From the NCBI GenBank assembly GCA_028279755.1, contig JANQNB010000018.1, forward strand, positions 134,611-198,610: a DNA stretch of 64,000 bases, in the 5' to 3' direction. Positions 27,171 through 38,299 of this stretch are shown one piece after another. Under the pieces are notes generated by a model, which saw nothing but the letters and a program-made list of their open reading frames with translations, was not told the DNA's origin and searched no databases. Source of the stretch: Candidatus Nanoarchaeia archaeon. Its GTDB lineage: Archaea > Nanobdellota > Nanobdellia > Woesearchaeales > UBA525. Position 1 is the stretch's first letter; each line of letters starts with the position of its first letter. The translations under genes were made by a program, and so were the position numbers.

Positions 27171-28075
27171 AGCATGAAGAGGAGCCAGCCCTCCCAACGC
27201 GTCACTGTTCTGTCTCGTGCTGTGACAAAATACATCATGAGTGTGGCGACGAGGAGCATGGGCAAGGCAAAGACCAGGATGGTGTAATCGACAGCAAGGG
27301 TGCCGAACAGGCCAGTGATACCCGTAACCCCAAAGATGTTGAACATATTGCTGCCGATGATGTTGCCGAACGCGAGCTCCTGCTTTTTCTTCAGCGCCGC
27401 GACGATCGTCACAAAGAGCTCTGGCAAGGAGGTGCCGACTGCGACAGCTGTCACAGCGATGATGCTGCTCGGCACGTGCGTGATGGTCGCGATATTGACC
27501 ACGCTCTTGATCACCCAGGTGGCGCCGAAATAGATCAGGGTTGCGCCGATGAGCAATGGCCAGAGGATCTTGTAGAACGTGGCTTTCTGCTGCTGCTTGC
27601 TCAGCTTGTGGATGCCCACCTTGTGCTTGTGATGGAGATAGTTCAGGTAGACGCCGTAGCCGAAGAGCATGAACACGGCTTCCATGAATGTGAACGTGCC
27701 GTCGAGGCACATAAGGATGAGCAAGAATGTTGCCGCGAAAAGAATGGGGAAGTCCACAGTGCGCATCTCCCACTTTGTCGAGAGCTTTCCTGCTATGATC
27801 GCGCCCAGCCCGAGCACGAGGAAGATGTTCGCGATGTTACTTCCGACGACATTGCCCAGCACGATTTCAGACTCCCCAGCAGCGACCGCGGCGATGCTTG
27901 ACGCGAGCTCTGGCAAGCTCGTGCCAACACTGACGACCGTGACGCCGATGATGAAGGGGCTGATTCCGAGCTTATGGCTGAGCTTTTCCGCAGCCTGCGT
28001 GAACCAGTCAGAGCCTTTGATCAGCACTGCCAGTGCGATGACAAAGACAAGAATCCACAGGAGGAGCATAGTCAA
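27140..28075 (-). CDS. Ca2+/cation antiporter (CaCA/YrbG family).
   Basis: There are two alpha repeats, each with GTSLPEL. Confidence 0.8.
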   Translation of the reverse strand: MTMLLLWILVFVIALAVLIKGSDWFTQAAEKLSHKLGISPFIIGVTVVSVGTSLPELASSIAAVAAGESEIVLGNVVGSNIANIFLVLGLGAIIAGKLSTKWEMRTVDFPILFAATFLLILMCLDGTFTFMEAVFMLFGYGVYLNYLHHKHKVGIHKLSKQQQKATFYKILWPLLIGATLIYFGATWVIKSVVNIATITHVPSSIIAVTAVAVGTSLPELFVTIVAALKKKQELAFGNIIGSNMFNIFGVTGITGLFGTLAVDYTILVFALPMLLVATLMMYFVTARDRTVTRWEGWLLFMLYVFFVVLLF

Positions 28076-28112
28076 TCAAGAGACGCCCAGGTTTATTAAG
28101 CTTCTGCCTCTT

Positions 28113-29036
28113 TCAGCACACTTGGCGCTTCTGACCGTGTTCTTTAACACAAGCAAATGCTTCTCCTAAGAATTTCGGTGTAGTTTCTATTATGATTGGA
28201 ACGTCTCGCCCGATAGCGTACGGGAAAACCGCGTCAAACTGCTGACTGTTCAGCGTGCTCATAGATCTTGGGTGCTTTCGAAGATCATAGAGGTCAATAC
28301 CTCTTGTATGGATAACTTCTGGCTCCAGTTTAAGAAAGTCTGCGACAGCTCTCACTTGCAACCCCTCCTTAAATCTTGTCTCGTGTTGTACAAGATCAAG
28401 CGGCTCTGCAATTCCTTCTGCATTAAGTATGAAAATATTGTGAGGGGGGAGCTGGAAGTCTCTGTCTGGGGGATCATACATGTGTTCGGGGTAGCAGTTT
28501 TGTGTTAAGCCAACATTAGCCAGATCCAGGCAGAAACCAAAACCTGCTGCTTTCATACTCTGGTAGAAAGGGCTTAGTGGTGTTGCGAAGATTGATTCCT
28601 GATTTCCTGACCAGCGAGGCATGTTCTCCACGAGCACTCTCACAGGACCTTTCCGCTCTGCTATCCACTTTGTCAGTGCATCAAATTGCTCTTCGATTCT
28701 CATCGAGAGTTGATAATCTCGCCATTCTTCTCTCGTGAGGAAGCCAGGATGAAGAATGAGGTGGGATGCTCTGAGGTATGTCGCACTCTCAAACGCCTCC
28801 TCCAATATCGTTCTGTTCTTCTCAGTCGCTCCTCGAGGATAATTGAATCCGTGCGCTTCATGTGCTGCATGGACTATAACAGCCAGACCAGAATCCTTTA
28901 CTGCTTCCAAATCATGCTTCTCTGTGCCTGGTTCGATATAGACTTGTATTTGAGTGAGGCCCATTTCAACAAATCGGCAGAGTTTCTCTTCTTTGTCCGG
29001 TTCTCGTGAGCTGATTGTTGTCCCTATTTTGATCAT
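28113..29036 (-). CDS. Sugar phosphate isomerase/epimerase-like TIM-barrel protein (xylose isomerase-like).
   Basis: 307 aa. It resembles the fold family of 16603..17373. The region is lower in GC. Confidence 0.55.
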   Translation of the reverse strand: MIKIGTTISSREPDKEEKLCRFVEMGLTQIQVYIEPGTEKHDLEAVKDSGLAVIVHAAHEAHGFNYPRGATEKNRTILEEAFESATYLRASHLILHPGFLTREEWRDYQLSMRIEEQFDALTKWIAERKGPVRVLVENMPRWSGNQESIFATPLSPFYQSMKAAGFGFCLDLANVGLTQNCYPEHMYDPPDRDFQLPPHNIFILNAEGIAEPLDLVQHETRFKEGLQVRAVADFLKLEPEVIHTRGIDLYDLRKHPRSMSTLNSQQFDAVFPYAIGRDVPIIIETTPKFLGEAFACVKEHGQKRQVC

Positions 29037-29076
29037 GCTGTAGGGAATCAGGGAGAAACATATAAGGATTCCTAAT

Positions 29077-32000
29077 CTAGATCTTCAAGCTCGTGACTTT
29101 CGACACGCCGTGCTCGTTCATGCTCACGCCGAAGAGGTTGTCGGCTTCGCTGATGACTGAGTCGTTGTGGCTGATGATGATGTATTGCGCGTGGTCGCAA
29201 TACTTGCGGATGAGGCGCGCGAGCTTCTCGCTGTTATGCTTGTCCAATGCAGCGTCGACCTCGTCCATGATGTAGAAGCTTGCCGGTTCGTGCTCCTGCA
29301 CTGCGAAGAGGAAGGCGAGCGCTGTCAGGGTCTTCTCGCCGCCGCTGAGTGAGCGGATGTCGAGGAATTTCTTTCCGGTGAGCTTCACCTTGATCGTCAT
29401 GCCGGCCTGGAACGGGTCGTTGTGATCCTCCAGGTCGAGGTAGGCGTCGCCTTTCGCGCTGAGCTGGCCGAAGAAATGCTTGAAGTTCTCGTTCACGACC
29501 TCGAAGGTCTTCATGAAGAGCTCTTTCTTCTTCGCGTCGATCTCGTTGATCATGACGAGCACGTCTTCCCTTTCCGAGCCGAGCTTGTCCTTCTTCTCGA
29601 TCAGGTTCTTGTACTCGTGCTCGACCTGTTCGTAGATCTCCAGGGCTTTCATGTTGACTGCGCCGATGTTCTCGACAAGGCGTTCGAACTGGCGGACTTC
29701 CAGGAGAATATCCTCTTCTGATTTCTCTGCCTTCTTGTACGGCTCCACGCCTTCGTACTGGCGCAGCTCTTCCTCGAGTCCGGCGAGCTCTGCTTTCAGG
29801 CGCGCCACTTCGAGCGAGCTCCCGGTGTTCTTGTGCTCGATGTCGCGGGATTTCTCATCCATGCTCTTGATGTCCGCTTCCCGCTTGGTGATCTCGTCGC
29901 TGAGCTTGGTGCGTTTCGTGAACAATTCCTTAAACTGGCTGAAGAACTTCTCTTCCTGCTTCTCCTTTTCCTTGAGCGCTTTCTCCTGCTCCTTGATCTT
30001 CGCTGTGAGCGCGGCTTTCTCCTTCTTGAAGGATTCACCCTCCTTGTCGTGCTGCTTGAGGATGTCCCGCACCTTCTCGGTTTCCGGGCCGAGGATGTTC
30101 TTGACCTCGCTCTCGCTCGTGCGCAGCTCGCCATTGAGTTCAGCAATCTCCTGCTGGAGCTCTTGCTTCTTCTCCTCGAAGCTGTTCAGTTCTGCGAGCA
30201 CGGTCGGGCTTCGCAATGCCGAAATCTTGTCGCGGAGCTTCTGCTTCTCGATCTTCAGCGTGCCGAGTCCGCTCGTCTTGTCAGTGATATCGTTCACCAC
30301 CTCATCGAGCTCCTTGTCGACTTTGACGAGCTCCTGCTGCAGGCGCTTCTTCTCGTCCTGCGACAAGCCGATGTCGTCGCTGTCAAGATGCAGGCTCTTC
30401 TCGCTCTTGATGATCTCGCCTTCGAGGTTGGCTTTCAGTTCACGCAATCTCGTGATCAGCTCTTCGTTGTCTGCGCGCTTCTTCTCGAGCTTGCTGACAA
30501 TGCCTTCAGTGTCTGCCACCTCTGCCTCGAGCTTTTCGATCTTCTCGCTCGTCTCCTTCTGCTTGAAGCCGATGCCACGGCGCTCTTTGGAACGGAAACC
30601 ACCGCTCATCGCGCCGCTTGTCTCGAGCAGGTCGCCGTTGAGGGTCACCATCCGAGCCTTGCCCACACCCAAGCGGCGCGCCGCCTCGATGTTGCTCATC
30701 ACGACCGTGCTGCCGAACACGTACGAGAACACCTTTGCGTATTTCGCGTCGTGATCCACGAGCGTGGAGGCGAGGCCGATGACATCGCCGCCTTTCGCTA
30801 CCTTCGCAGGCTCTGGCGAGCGCAGCTTGTTGAGCGGGAGGAAGGTCGCGACTCCTAATTTATTCTGCCGCAGGTACTTGATGCATTTCGCCGCCACTTC
30901 GTCGGTGTCGACCACGATGCTGTTGACTCTCGGGCCAGCGGCGATTTCCAAAGCAAGAGCGTATTCTTCCTTCACCTTGCCGAGGCCTGAGACTGTGCCG
31001 TGGATGCCCTTGATTGTGCCCTTGGCCTTGAGATCGAGGATCGTGGTGATGGCAGTGCCGCCGGCGATGCGCTCCATGATGCTGCTCTGCTGCGCTTCGA
31101 GCTTGGCGAGTTCCTCTTTTCTACTCAGGAGTTTTGCTCTCGCTGTTTGCAGCTGCGCATGGAGACTGCTGTCCTCGGTGACTGCCGTGTTGAGCTCTTT
31201 TGTCGTCTTCTTGAACTGCTCTTTCTTACTCTTCAAGGCGTCGAGCTCTTTCTTGTGCTCTGCAGCGATGCCGGTCACGCGCGAAATTTTCTCGTCGATC
31301 TGCTCGAGCTGGATCTCGGCCTTGTCTTTTTCCCGAAGCAGTTCCTGCTGCTGCTCGCGCAGCTTCGCGATCTCTTCCTGCAGCTTCTCTGCCTGCTTGT
31401 CGATCTCTTCCACGCGCGAGTCGATCGCTGCCGCGTCTTCGACATGGTGCTTTTTCCTGAACTCGTTGATGCGCGTGTCGAGCTTTGCGATCGATTCTTC
31501 CCGTGTCTTGATGCGCTTCTCGACATCCTTGCGCTCGTCCTCGATAAGCTTGATCTTGTCGAACAATTCCTTGTTCGTGCGTATGAGCTCGTCCTTCCGG
31601 TCCTCGAGCTTTGCCAATTCCTGTTCGAGGCTTTCGACGCGCTGTTTGTTCACTGCGAACTCGACCTTTGCTGCTTCGATCTCTTTATGGAGCTTGACCT
31701 GTTCCTTCTCGCCGCGCTTCTCGACTTCCTGGTTGATTGCTTCGACGCCTTTCTTCCGCTCCGCGATCTCAGCCTCGAGCTTTGTGCGCCGTTCCTCGAG
31801 CTTTGTCAATTCTGCCTGGTGCTTGCCCACCTGCTGGTCGAAGCCTGCCAGCTCTTTCTCCCGCTTCTTCTTCTTGATCGTCAATAAGGTGCATTTGTTG
31901 CGCTTGATCTTCTCGTCGAGTTCCTTGAATTTGAGCGCTTGGTTTCGTTCTTTTTTCAGCTCGCGCAGGTAGGTCTTTCGTTCTGCCAGGACGATATCCG

Positions 32001-32571
32001 CCTCGTTGAGCTTGTCCTCGACACGCGTGAGCTCGCGGAGCGCCTTGTTCTTCTTTTCTTCATAGATTGAGATGCCGGCGATCTCTTCGATGATGCCTCT
32101 GCGTTCGATCGTGCTCATCTCGATCAAGTGGTTGATGTCGCCTTGCAGGATGATGTTGTACCCGTCAGGATTGATCTTGTCCCTGCTGAGCATGTCCAGG
32201 ATTTCCTGCCTGCTGGAATTCTTGCCATTGATTTTATACTTGGATTGGCCGCTCTTCTGCACGATGCGCGTGATCATGAGCTCGTCGAAATCGCCAAAGA
32301 CGCCCTTGCTGTTCTCGAAGACAATCGTGACCTCGCCGGACTTGGCTGGCTGCTTCTTCTTGCCGCCATTATAGATCAGATTGGCCGATTTCTCAGCACG
32401 GAGCCCTTTAGCCGAGCCCTTGCCCAGGACAAAGCAGAGCGCGTCCAGGACATTGCTCTTCCCGCTGCCATTCGGCCCCAGAATGCAGTTAAAGCCCTCG
32501 CCGACCATGATCTCGGTCTTGTTGGCGAAGCTCTTGAATCCCTTCATCTCAAGTCGCTTGATTCTCGTCAA
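29077..32571 (-). CDS. smc: Chromosome segregation protein SMC.
   Basis: 1164 aa. The N-terminal Walker A is FNCILGPNGSGKSNVLDALCFVLG. It also has long coiled coils, a hinge, and a C-terminal LSGGEKTLTALAFLFA signature with Walker B. Confidence 0.95.
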   Translation of the reverse strand: MTRIKRLEMKGFKSFANKTEIMVGEGFNCILGPNGSGKSNVLDALCFVLGKGSAKGLRAEKSANLIYNGGKKKQPAKSGEVTIVFENSKGVFGDFDELMITRIVQKSGQSKYKINGKNSSRQEILDMLSRDKINPDGYNIILQGDINHLIEMSTIERRGIIEEIAGISIYEEKKNKALRELTRVEDKLNEADIVLAERKTYLRELKKERNQALKFKELDEKIKRNKCTLLTIKKKKREKELAGFDQQVGKHQAELTKLEERRTKLEAEIAERKKGVEAINQEVEKRGEKEQVKLHKEIEAAKVEFAVNKQRVESLEQELAKLEDRKDELIRTNKELFDKIKLIEDERKDVEKRIKTREESIAKLDTRINEFRKKHHVEDAAAIDSRVEEIDKQAEKLQEEIAKLREQQQELLREKDKAEIQLEQIDEKISRVTGIAAEHKKELDALKSKKEQFKKTTKELNTAVTEDSSLHAQLQTARAKLLSRKEELAKLEAQQSSIMERIAGGTAITTILDLKAKGTIKGIHGTVSGLGKVKEEYALALEIAAGPRVNSIVVDTDEVAAKCIKYLRQNKLGVATFLPLNKLRSPEPAKVAKGGDVIGLASTLVDHDAKYAKVFSYVFGSTVVMSNIEAARRLGVGKARMVTLNGDLLETSGAMSGGFRSKERRGIGFKQKETSEKIEKLEAEVADTEGIVSKLEKKRADNEELITRLRELKANLEGEIIKSEKSLHLDSDDIGLSQDEKKRLQQELVKVDKELDEVVNDITDKTSGLGTLKIEKQKLRDKISALRSPTVLAELNSFEEKKQELQQEIAELNGELRTSESEVKNILGPETEKVRDILKQHDKEGESFKKEKAALTAKIKEQEKALKEKEKQEEKFFSQFKELFTKRTKLSDEITKREADIKSMDEKSRDIEHKNTGSSLEVARLKAELAGLEEELRQYEGVEPYKKAEKSEEDILLEVRQFERLVENIGAVNMKALEIYEQVEHEYKNLIEKKDKLGSEREDVLVMINEIDAKKKELFMKTFEVVNENFKHFFGQLSAKGDAYLDLEDHNDPFQAGMTIKVKLTGKKFLDIRSLSGGEKTLTALAFLFAVQEHEPASFYIMDEVDAALDKHNSEKLARLIRKYCDHAQYIIISHNDSVISEADNLFGVSMNEHGVSKVTSLKI

Positions 32572-32637
32572 TAGAGCCCACCTACCTCTTACCAGTCAGA
32601 CTTGCTCAAGAAGGGTATTTAAATGTTTTGGGCAGAA

Positions 32638-34101
32638 CTAGGCAGCACGCGACGGTGCCGGGATATAGCAGGGATTACTGACTGCGCAACTGGCAGTGCG
32701 TGTCTTCACTCCTTCAGCTTCTGAAACCTCCCGAATGGAGTAATTGCCTTTGAACGGATCATGCTCGACTGCTATGGCCATCCACTCGTCCCCCAAGGGC
32801 TCTGGGCAGCGGACGACTATGTTTGCTTCTCTGCTGCTGTCAGGATACAGTACTTCTCCGATCTCGACAGGATCCTGAAGAGGACGGTACCTGCCTGCCC
32901 ACCCTCCCTGGGTTCGGAGAATGTGAAGCAGTTCCCTGCCTGAAGAATTGCCTGTTCCGACATTGTAGGTTCGAAACTGTAAATTGACGTCTGTCGGACC
33001 CTTGCTACGTCTCCACCGGGCCTTGATGAATTCGAATGCCAGTGCTGACTGCGGTTGGATTGGCACGACAACATCCGGCTGCTTTGTCACTCTGTCTTCT
33101 TCATAATCGAAGTAACTTGGATGCCACATTCCCAGCTGGAAAGCCGGATCCACTAATTCGTACGGAACCCAGAGCCCTGTCTCGTGCTGCAGCGCATGAG
33201 GAAAATTCTGAAGGATTATATCATGGTATTTGTGAGGAAACTCGATTGCCGGTGTCACGTGGCCACCGCGCTTGGTCGGATCGCTTGCACAGCGTTCGCC
33301 ATAATAGAAGAGGAGGGCTGTTCTGAACATATGGGCTTGCGGATGAAACTGAAGCAATGTGAGGAAGAAGGTGGCGAGATCTTCACAATCATGGCCTGCC
33401 TGCACACCCTGGTAGAAGAGTCGATGGAGAACCTCGACTGGTTGAAACGGGCATTCCACTCTGGCAGGATCCTTTCCGTACCCCAGCGCCTGGGTTGTGC
33501 GTGCGGCCATATGAATCCAATGCTCCCACTCTCGTATGCTATTCCACTGTTCCAAAATCTGCCGATCCCGTTCACGGTTCCGTTGCAGGCCTCCAGGAAA
33601 CCGTGCCAGCCGCCATTCAAGCCGTTGATATTTTTTCTTTTTCTCCCTCAGTTTACTGGTGATCTGCTTGCCAAGATGGCTCATGACTCTGACGTCTTCC
33701 TGACGGCCGACCTGGGACCAGATCGGACGCCGAAACTCCCATCGTTGTCTGGGTGAGAATGGATCACTCCGGTTGTCGCTGCAGTTAAAGTAGATTTTAC
33801 TTACTGTCTCCCGGGGGACATGAAGCGCTTGCTCAACGTCGGCGAGCGGCTCTGCCTGATCCTCCCGTACCATTTGGGAAACCGGCCTGAGCGGTATGGC
33901 GCGACACGCCTCGACGTCTTCATCAAACACGAGAACCTCAAGCCGTGAACAGCCGAAATAATTGACTTCGATGACTGGAAAGACATTCCCGTTAGGAAAA
34001 GGTGCGGCGTGGCCTAATCCTGCTGATAGTGCAGTGGCTGCTCCAGCACCTGCCAATATGCGAATCATGTGCCGTCGATCAAGGCCTGCCTGCTGCATCA
34101 T
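32638..34101 (-). CDS. Tat-signal secreted hypothetical protein, His-rich and possibly a metalloenzyme.
   Basis: MMQQAGLDRRHMIRILAGAGAATALSAGLGHAAP has a twin-arginine motif followed by a hydrophobic core. The rest has no firm family assignment. GC is lower than the surroundings. Confidence 0.55.
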   Translation of the reverse strand: MMQQAGLDRRHMIRILAGAGAATALSAGLGHAAPFPNGNVFPVIEVNYFGCSRLEVLVFDEDVEACRAIPLRPVSQMVREDQAEPLADVEQALHVPRETVSKIYFNCSDNRSDPFSPRQRWEFRRPIWSQVGRQEDVRVMSHLGKQITSKLREKKKKYQRLEWRLARFPGGLQRNRERDRQILEQWNSIREWEHWIHMAARTTQALGYGKDPARVECPFQPVEVLHRLFYQGVQAGHDCEDLATFFLTLLQFHPQAHMFRTALLFYYGERCASDPTKRGGHVTPAIEFPHKYHDIILQNFPHALQHETGLWVPYELVDPAFQLGMWHPSYFDYEEDRVTKQPDVVVPIQPQSALAFEFIKARWRRSKGPTDVNLQFRTYNVGTGNSSGRELLHILRTQGGWAGRYRPLQDPVEIGEVLYPDSSREANIVVRCPEPLGDEWMAIAVEHDPFKGNYSIREVSEAEGVKTRTASCAVSNPCYIPAPSRAA

Positions 34102-34312
34102 TTTTTTCCTCCGCGACTGAGAATGGCGTCGCGGCTCAATAAAACCGGTTGACGGGCCAGCGAGAAAGCAGAATACTATGCCAATATGCAACCATGCTAG
34201 CCCCTCCAATTGCTGCGTCAGTCGTAACTGCTGGGAAGACGCAGTTTTCCATTTTCGAGTGAAAACTGCTTATAATGGTTGCGACCAGATTCAGGAAATT
34301 TCAGTCGAGAAT

Positions 34313-35215
34313 TCACGATTTCTGGCTTTTTCTTGCGACAAGCTTTTCCACTCTGGCTTTGCCCTTACCCTGAATGACGAGCTTGCCAGTCGTGTATTTG
34401 ATGATGCTCGCATCGCTGCTTTTCATCCGGACGACCTCGTATTGGCTCTTTGGCGCCTGGAACTCGAAGCCGTGCTCTTTGAGGAATTCGAACTCTTTGA
34501 GTTCCTTGGCGTGCTCTTCCTGTGCTTTCCCACTGAACTGGAACAGCCTGCTTTGCTTGCCCTGCTCCACGAGTTCCTTGTAGCTGGCCCAGGAAGTCCG
34601 GAAAAAATCCTTATACTCCTTTTTCTTGTAATTGTTTCTGAGGAAATCTTGCGTAATCGGATCGGCAGGATAACCAGAACCGATGCTTTTCTTGATCTTC
34701 TTCTGGATATTTTCAATTTCCTTGTCGCGCGTCACTTTCGCGATGATGCTTGCGGCGCTGACGACTGGGTAGTTCTCATCAGCCTTGTGCTCAGCGATGA
34801 CAGTCATCTTCTTGTTCAGCAATGCTGCGATGTCAGCTGCGTATTTCTCGGTGTTCTTCGCCGGGCAATCGATGAGCGCTTTCTTGATCGCGTTCTTTTG
34901 CAGCGCTTTGTTGATGAGCTTGGCTGTTGTTCGCAGTTCGAGCTTGTTCAGATTGTCGTTCTTGGTGTCGACAGCAGCGTCGATCTCTGTTGGGGGGAGA
35001 ATAATTATTTCAAAATTAATTTTTTTTTCTTTTTTGAGTTTTTGCGCACGCTCAAGAAAACCTTCGCGCTGCATCGCGCTGAGCTGCTTGCTGTCTTTGG
35101 CGCCAGCTTCAATTAGGAGCTTCTCATTCTTTTCTTCGACCCAGCAGCAGGCCATCACCATCGGCCCGAGCACCGGGCCACGCCCCGCTTCCTCAACGCC
35201 GCAGATCCACGCCAT
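34313..35215 (-). CDS. rnhB: Ribonuclease HII with a C-terminal extension.
   Basis: MAWICGVEEAGRGPVLGPMV matches the GxDEAGRGP motif of RNase HII. Confidence 0.88.
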   Translation of the reverse strand: MAWICGVEEAGRGPVLGPMVMACCWVEEKNEKLLIEAGAKDSKQLSAMQREGFLERAQKLKKEKKINFEIIILPPTEIDAAVDTKNDNLNKLELRTTAKLINKALQKNAIKKALIDCPAKNTEKYAADIAALLNKKMTVIAEHKADENYPVVSAASIIAKVTRDKEIENIQKKIKKSIGSGYPADPITQDFLRNNYKKKEYKDFFRTSWASYKELVEQGKQSRLFQFSGKAQEEHAKELKEFEFLKEHGFEFQAPKSQYEVVRMKSSDASIIKYTTGKLVIQGKGKARVEKLVARKSQKS

Positions 35216-35585
35216 GCTGCCTTGCCAGCAGGCCCTGTATAAAAACTTGGCGGCAAGTTTTATATAGCGTGCCCTGATCGCGACGATTATGGATTACACT
35301 GTTATGTCGGCGCTTACTGACGCATGGCAGTATGCGCAAGCACGGCCGTATGAGTCAGCATGCATTGGTGCAATCGTTGGATCGAGTGTCATCGCAGCAG
35401 GCACCGCTATCGGACAATGGGTTCCGACCTGGCGACAACAGGTTGCAGAATTCCTGCGTCATGAGCGGCAACGAGAGCCGCGATACGAGCGTCTGGCATT
35501 TCTCCAGTAGCGGCTGTGCAGTTTTCATGCACGCTTCACCCTTCAACAATGCTTTTTTAAACCAAACTTTGCTCCATCTTCTCTG

Positions 35586-36920
35586 GTGATTATTATGGTC
35601 AAGAAAAAATCCACAAAAAAGACGCCCAAGGTTCACACCAATGGCGTGTTCGCCAACGCGATGCAGCAGCTCGAGCACGCGTACCAGTACATGAAAGTGA
35701 GCAATGACGCGAAAGAGACGCTCGCGAAACCGACACGATTCATCGAAGTCTCGATCCCTGTCAGGATGGACGATGGCTCGTTGAAGGTCTTCACTGGCTA
35801 CCGTGTCCAATACAATGACGCGCGCGGCCCGGCAAAAGGCGGCATCCGCTTTCATCCGCAAGTCGACCTGAGCGAGGTGAAGGCGCTCGCGTTCTGGATG
35901 ACGATCAAGACCGCAGTCGTCAACATCCCGTTCGGCGGGGGCAAAGGCGGCGTCATCGTCAATCCGAAAGAATTGAGCAAGCACGAATTGGAGCGGCTCA
36001 GCCGCGGCTACATCCGCGCAGTCGCAGACATCATCGGCCCGGATGTCGATATCCCTGCGCCAGACGTGTATACCAACCCGATGATCATGGGTTGGATGGC
36101 AGACGAGTACGGCACGATCGCGCGCCGCTACCAACCAGCTGTCATCACTGGCAAGCCATTGGCGCTCGGCGGCAGCAAAGGCCGCAACGAAGCGACAGCG
36201 AAAGGCGCGTTCTACACCTTGATGGAAGCAGTCAAGGTGAAAGAGATGACGCCGGCAGAGACGACCGTGGCGATCCAGGGTTTTGGCAACGCTGGCAGTT
36301 ATCTTGCGAAGATGCTGCACGAAGCCGGCTTCAAGGTCGTGGCAGTGAGCGACAGCAAAGGCGCAGTCTATGATAAAGACGGCCTTGACCCGTTCCAGCT
36401 CGCGAAAGTGAAACAAGGCAAGGGCAAGCTCAACGGTGTGTATTGCGAAGGCAGCGTATGCTGGGGTAAGGATCACAAGGAGATCAGCAACGAGAAACTC
36501 CTCGAACTGGATGTCGACATCCTCGCGCCTGCAGCGTTGGAGAATGTCATCACCAAAGCCAACGCTCGCAAGATCAAGGCGAAGATCGTGCTCGAGGTCG
36601 CGAACGGCCCGACAACGCCGGAAGCAGACACGATCCTGCACAAGAAAGGCGTGCTCGTCATCCCTGACGTGCTTGCCAATGCAGGCGGCGTGACAGTCAG
36701 TTATTTCGAATGGGTGCAGAACAAGCAAGGCTATTACTGGAGCGAGGAAGAAGTGTTCGACAAACTCAAAGAGTTGATCGTACCGGCATTCCACGAAATC
36801 TATGCAGGCATGGAGGAACACAGCTGCCTGATGCGGGATTCAGCCTTTGTGCACGCAGTCAAGCGGATCGTCGAGGCGATCGAGGCGAAAGGCACTGAGG
36901 ATCAGTACAAGACAGACTGA
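35586..36920 (+). CDS. gdhA: Glutamate dehydrogenase.
   Basis: 444 aa. The [21 protein letters not shown] and GFGNAGSY (NAD(P) Rossmann) motifs are present. Confidence 0.93.
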   Translation: MIIMVKKKSTKKTPKVHTNGVFANAMQQLEHAYQYMKVSNDAKETLAKPTRFIEVSIPVRMDDGSLKVFTGYRVQYNDARGPAKGGIRFHPQVDLSEVKALAFWMTIKTAVVNIPFGGGKGGVIVNPKELSKHELERLSRGYIRAVADIIGPDVDIPAPDVYTNPMIMGWMADEYGTIARRYQPAVITGKPLALGGSKGRNEATAKGAFYTLMEAVKVKEMTPAETTVAIQGFGNAGSYLAKMLHEAGFKVVAVSDSKGAVYDKDGLDPFQLAKVKQGKGKLNGVYCEGSVCWGKDHKEISNEKLLELDVDILAPAALENVITKANARKIKAKIVLEVANGPTTPEADTILHKKGVLVIPDVLANAGGVTVSYFEWVQNKQGYYWSEEEVFDKLKELIVPAFHEIYAGMEEHSCLMRDSAFVHAVKRIVEAIEAKGTEDQYKTD

Positions 36921-36977
36921 GCGGATATTGGTCAATAGCTTTATATAATCTCGGCGAGCGCAAGCGCCTGGCTCCAT

Positions 36978-37367
36978 ATGATACATTCGACACTTGAGGA
37001 ACAACTCGATACAACCTGCCCTAATTGTGGGCATGATCATCACGCGAAATTCTTCAGCCTCCTCCTCGATCGGATGCATTACGTGATCGGCGACTGCGAT
37101 TCGTGCGGGTATCGGATCGAATTCCGCAAGGATGAGCTCGGCGCGGGCTTGTTCATGCCGGATGGCAAGGTCGCGACAGTCAAAGAAATGTTCAAGAAGG
37201 AGCATGTCGATCACATGAAAGAACGGTTAGCAAGCGGTGAACACGCGAGCGATCCGCGAGAGAAGCCAGTGAATTGGGGTGAGGAGAAAGTGTTGAACAC
37301 GTTCAGCACGATGCGATTGCGATTCTTAGATGACGAGCCGATTCGTGAAGAGCGCGAACGGCATTAG
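36978..37367 (+). CDS. Zinc-ribbon hypothetical protein.
   Basis: CPNCGHDHH ... GDCDSCGY forms a CxxC..CxxC pair. Confidence 0.5.
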   Translation: MIHSTLEEQLDTTCPNCGHDHHAKFFSLLLDRMHYVIGDCDSCGYRIEFRKDELGAGLFMPDGKVATVKEMFKKEHVDHMKERLASGEHASDPREKPVNWGEEKVLNTFSTMRLRFLDDEPIREERERH

Positions 37368-38266
37368 GGCTGTGTTAGAATTCTACAACCGTCCTTCTCT
37401 ACCAGCACGGTGTGTTCTGATTGGCTCACAAGGCCTTTGCTCTCTTCTGGCAAGGGCGGGTATTCGTGCAGCATGTTGTTCCGTTTCAATTCCATCAATG
37501 CGAGCTTTGTCTTGCCTGCGCCGAATTTTGTGGTGAGCCATCGTGTCGTGAACGGCAAGCCGTTCCACTGCTTCAGGAGTTCGAGCACTTCCCGCGCTGC
37601 CGGACTTCGAACTGGCTTGACGCTAGTGAGCGAGAACAGGGTTGGATTGTCTGAGGAATAGATCAGGCCTTTGCCTGTCGTGGCGAATGGCTCGATCGCG
37701 ATGACCTGACCCTCTTCCAAGGGCTTGGTGTCGCCGCTTGCGTAATTGGGAATGTTCGGCGCGGTGTGGATCTGGTATTCCGCAACGCCATGACCGCTCA
37801 GATTCCTGATAGGCTGGAAACCGCGCTTCGTGATCTCATGCTCGATCGCTTTCCCGAGCTCGTCAGGCGTCACGCCCGCTTTCACAAGCTTGATCGCTGC
37901 GTCCCGCGCTGCTTTGCTCGCTTCCACGAGCAGTTCCTTCTCCTCATTGTCCGGGTCGAGGTTGACAGTGAGGGCGTTGTCGCCGACATAGCCGTCGACA
38001 TGCGCGCCCACGTCGAGCTTGACAAGGTCGCCAGGAACGAATGTGGTGTCGTCGTCTTCTGCAGGGCAGAAATGCGCCGCCACCTCGTTGATGCTGATCT
38101 GCGCTGGGAATGCCATGGCAGCGCCGTGCTCGAGAATGAAGGCTTCGATCTTGTCCAGCACCTCGCGGACTTTTTCTCCGGGTTTGATAAGAGAAGCACC
38201 GTATTCAAGGGCTTGCGCCGCTATCTTGCCGGCTCGAATGTACTTATCAAGTATTTCTTGCTCCAT
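37364..38266 (-). CDS. map: Methionine aminopeptidase, type 2 (archaeal).
   Basis: 300 aa with pita-bread-fold motifs: FPAQISINEVAAH..., DLVKLDVGAHVDGY and HG.G..H. Confidence 0.88.
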   Translation of the reverse strand: MEQEILDKYIRAGKIAAQALEYGASLIKPGEKVREVLDKIEAFILEHGAAMAFPAQISINEVAAHFCPAEDDDTTFVPGDLVKLDVGAHVDGYVGDNALTVNLDPDNEEKELLVEASKAARDAAIKLVKAGVTPDELGKAIEHEITKRGFQPIRNLSGHGVAEYQIHTAPNIPNYASGDTKPLEEGQVIAIEPFATTGKGLIYSSDNPTLFSLTSVKPVRSPAAREVLELLKQWNGLPFTTRWLTTKFGAGKTKLALMELKRNNMLHEYPPLPEESKGLVSQSEHTVLVEKDGCRILTQP

Positions 38267-38299
38267 TCAGAACGTGAAGAAGGAAGTCTTTAAAGAGTT

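Noticed and set aside
26490-27773. 427-aa minus-strand ORF spanning the GT4 and CaCA genes.
   Set aside because: It overlaps two well-supported genes on both strands and has His/Arg/Pro-rich antisense composition.
29651-31972. Several 300–400-aa plus-strand ORFs across the SMC locus (29651..30754, 29833..30858, 30764..31972, 31000..31887).
   Set aside because: They are antisense to the 1164-aa SMC gene. They are Ser/Leu-rich repeats that reflect the complement of coiled-coil Glu/Lys codons.
35355-36821. 488-aa minus-strand ORF.
   Set aside because: It is antisense to glutamate dehydrogenase.
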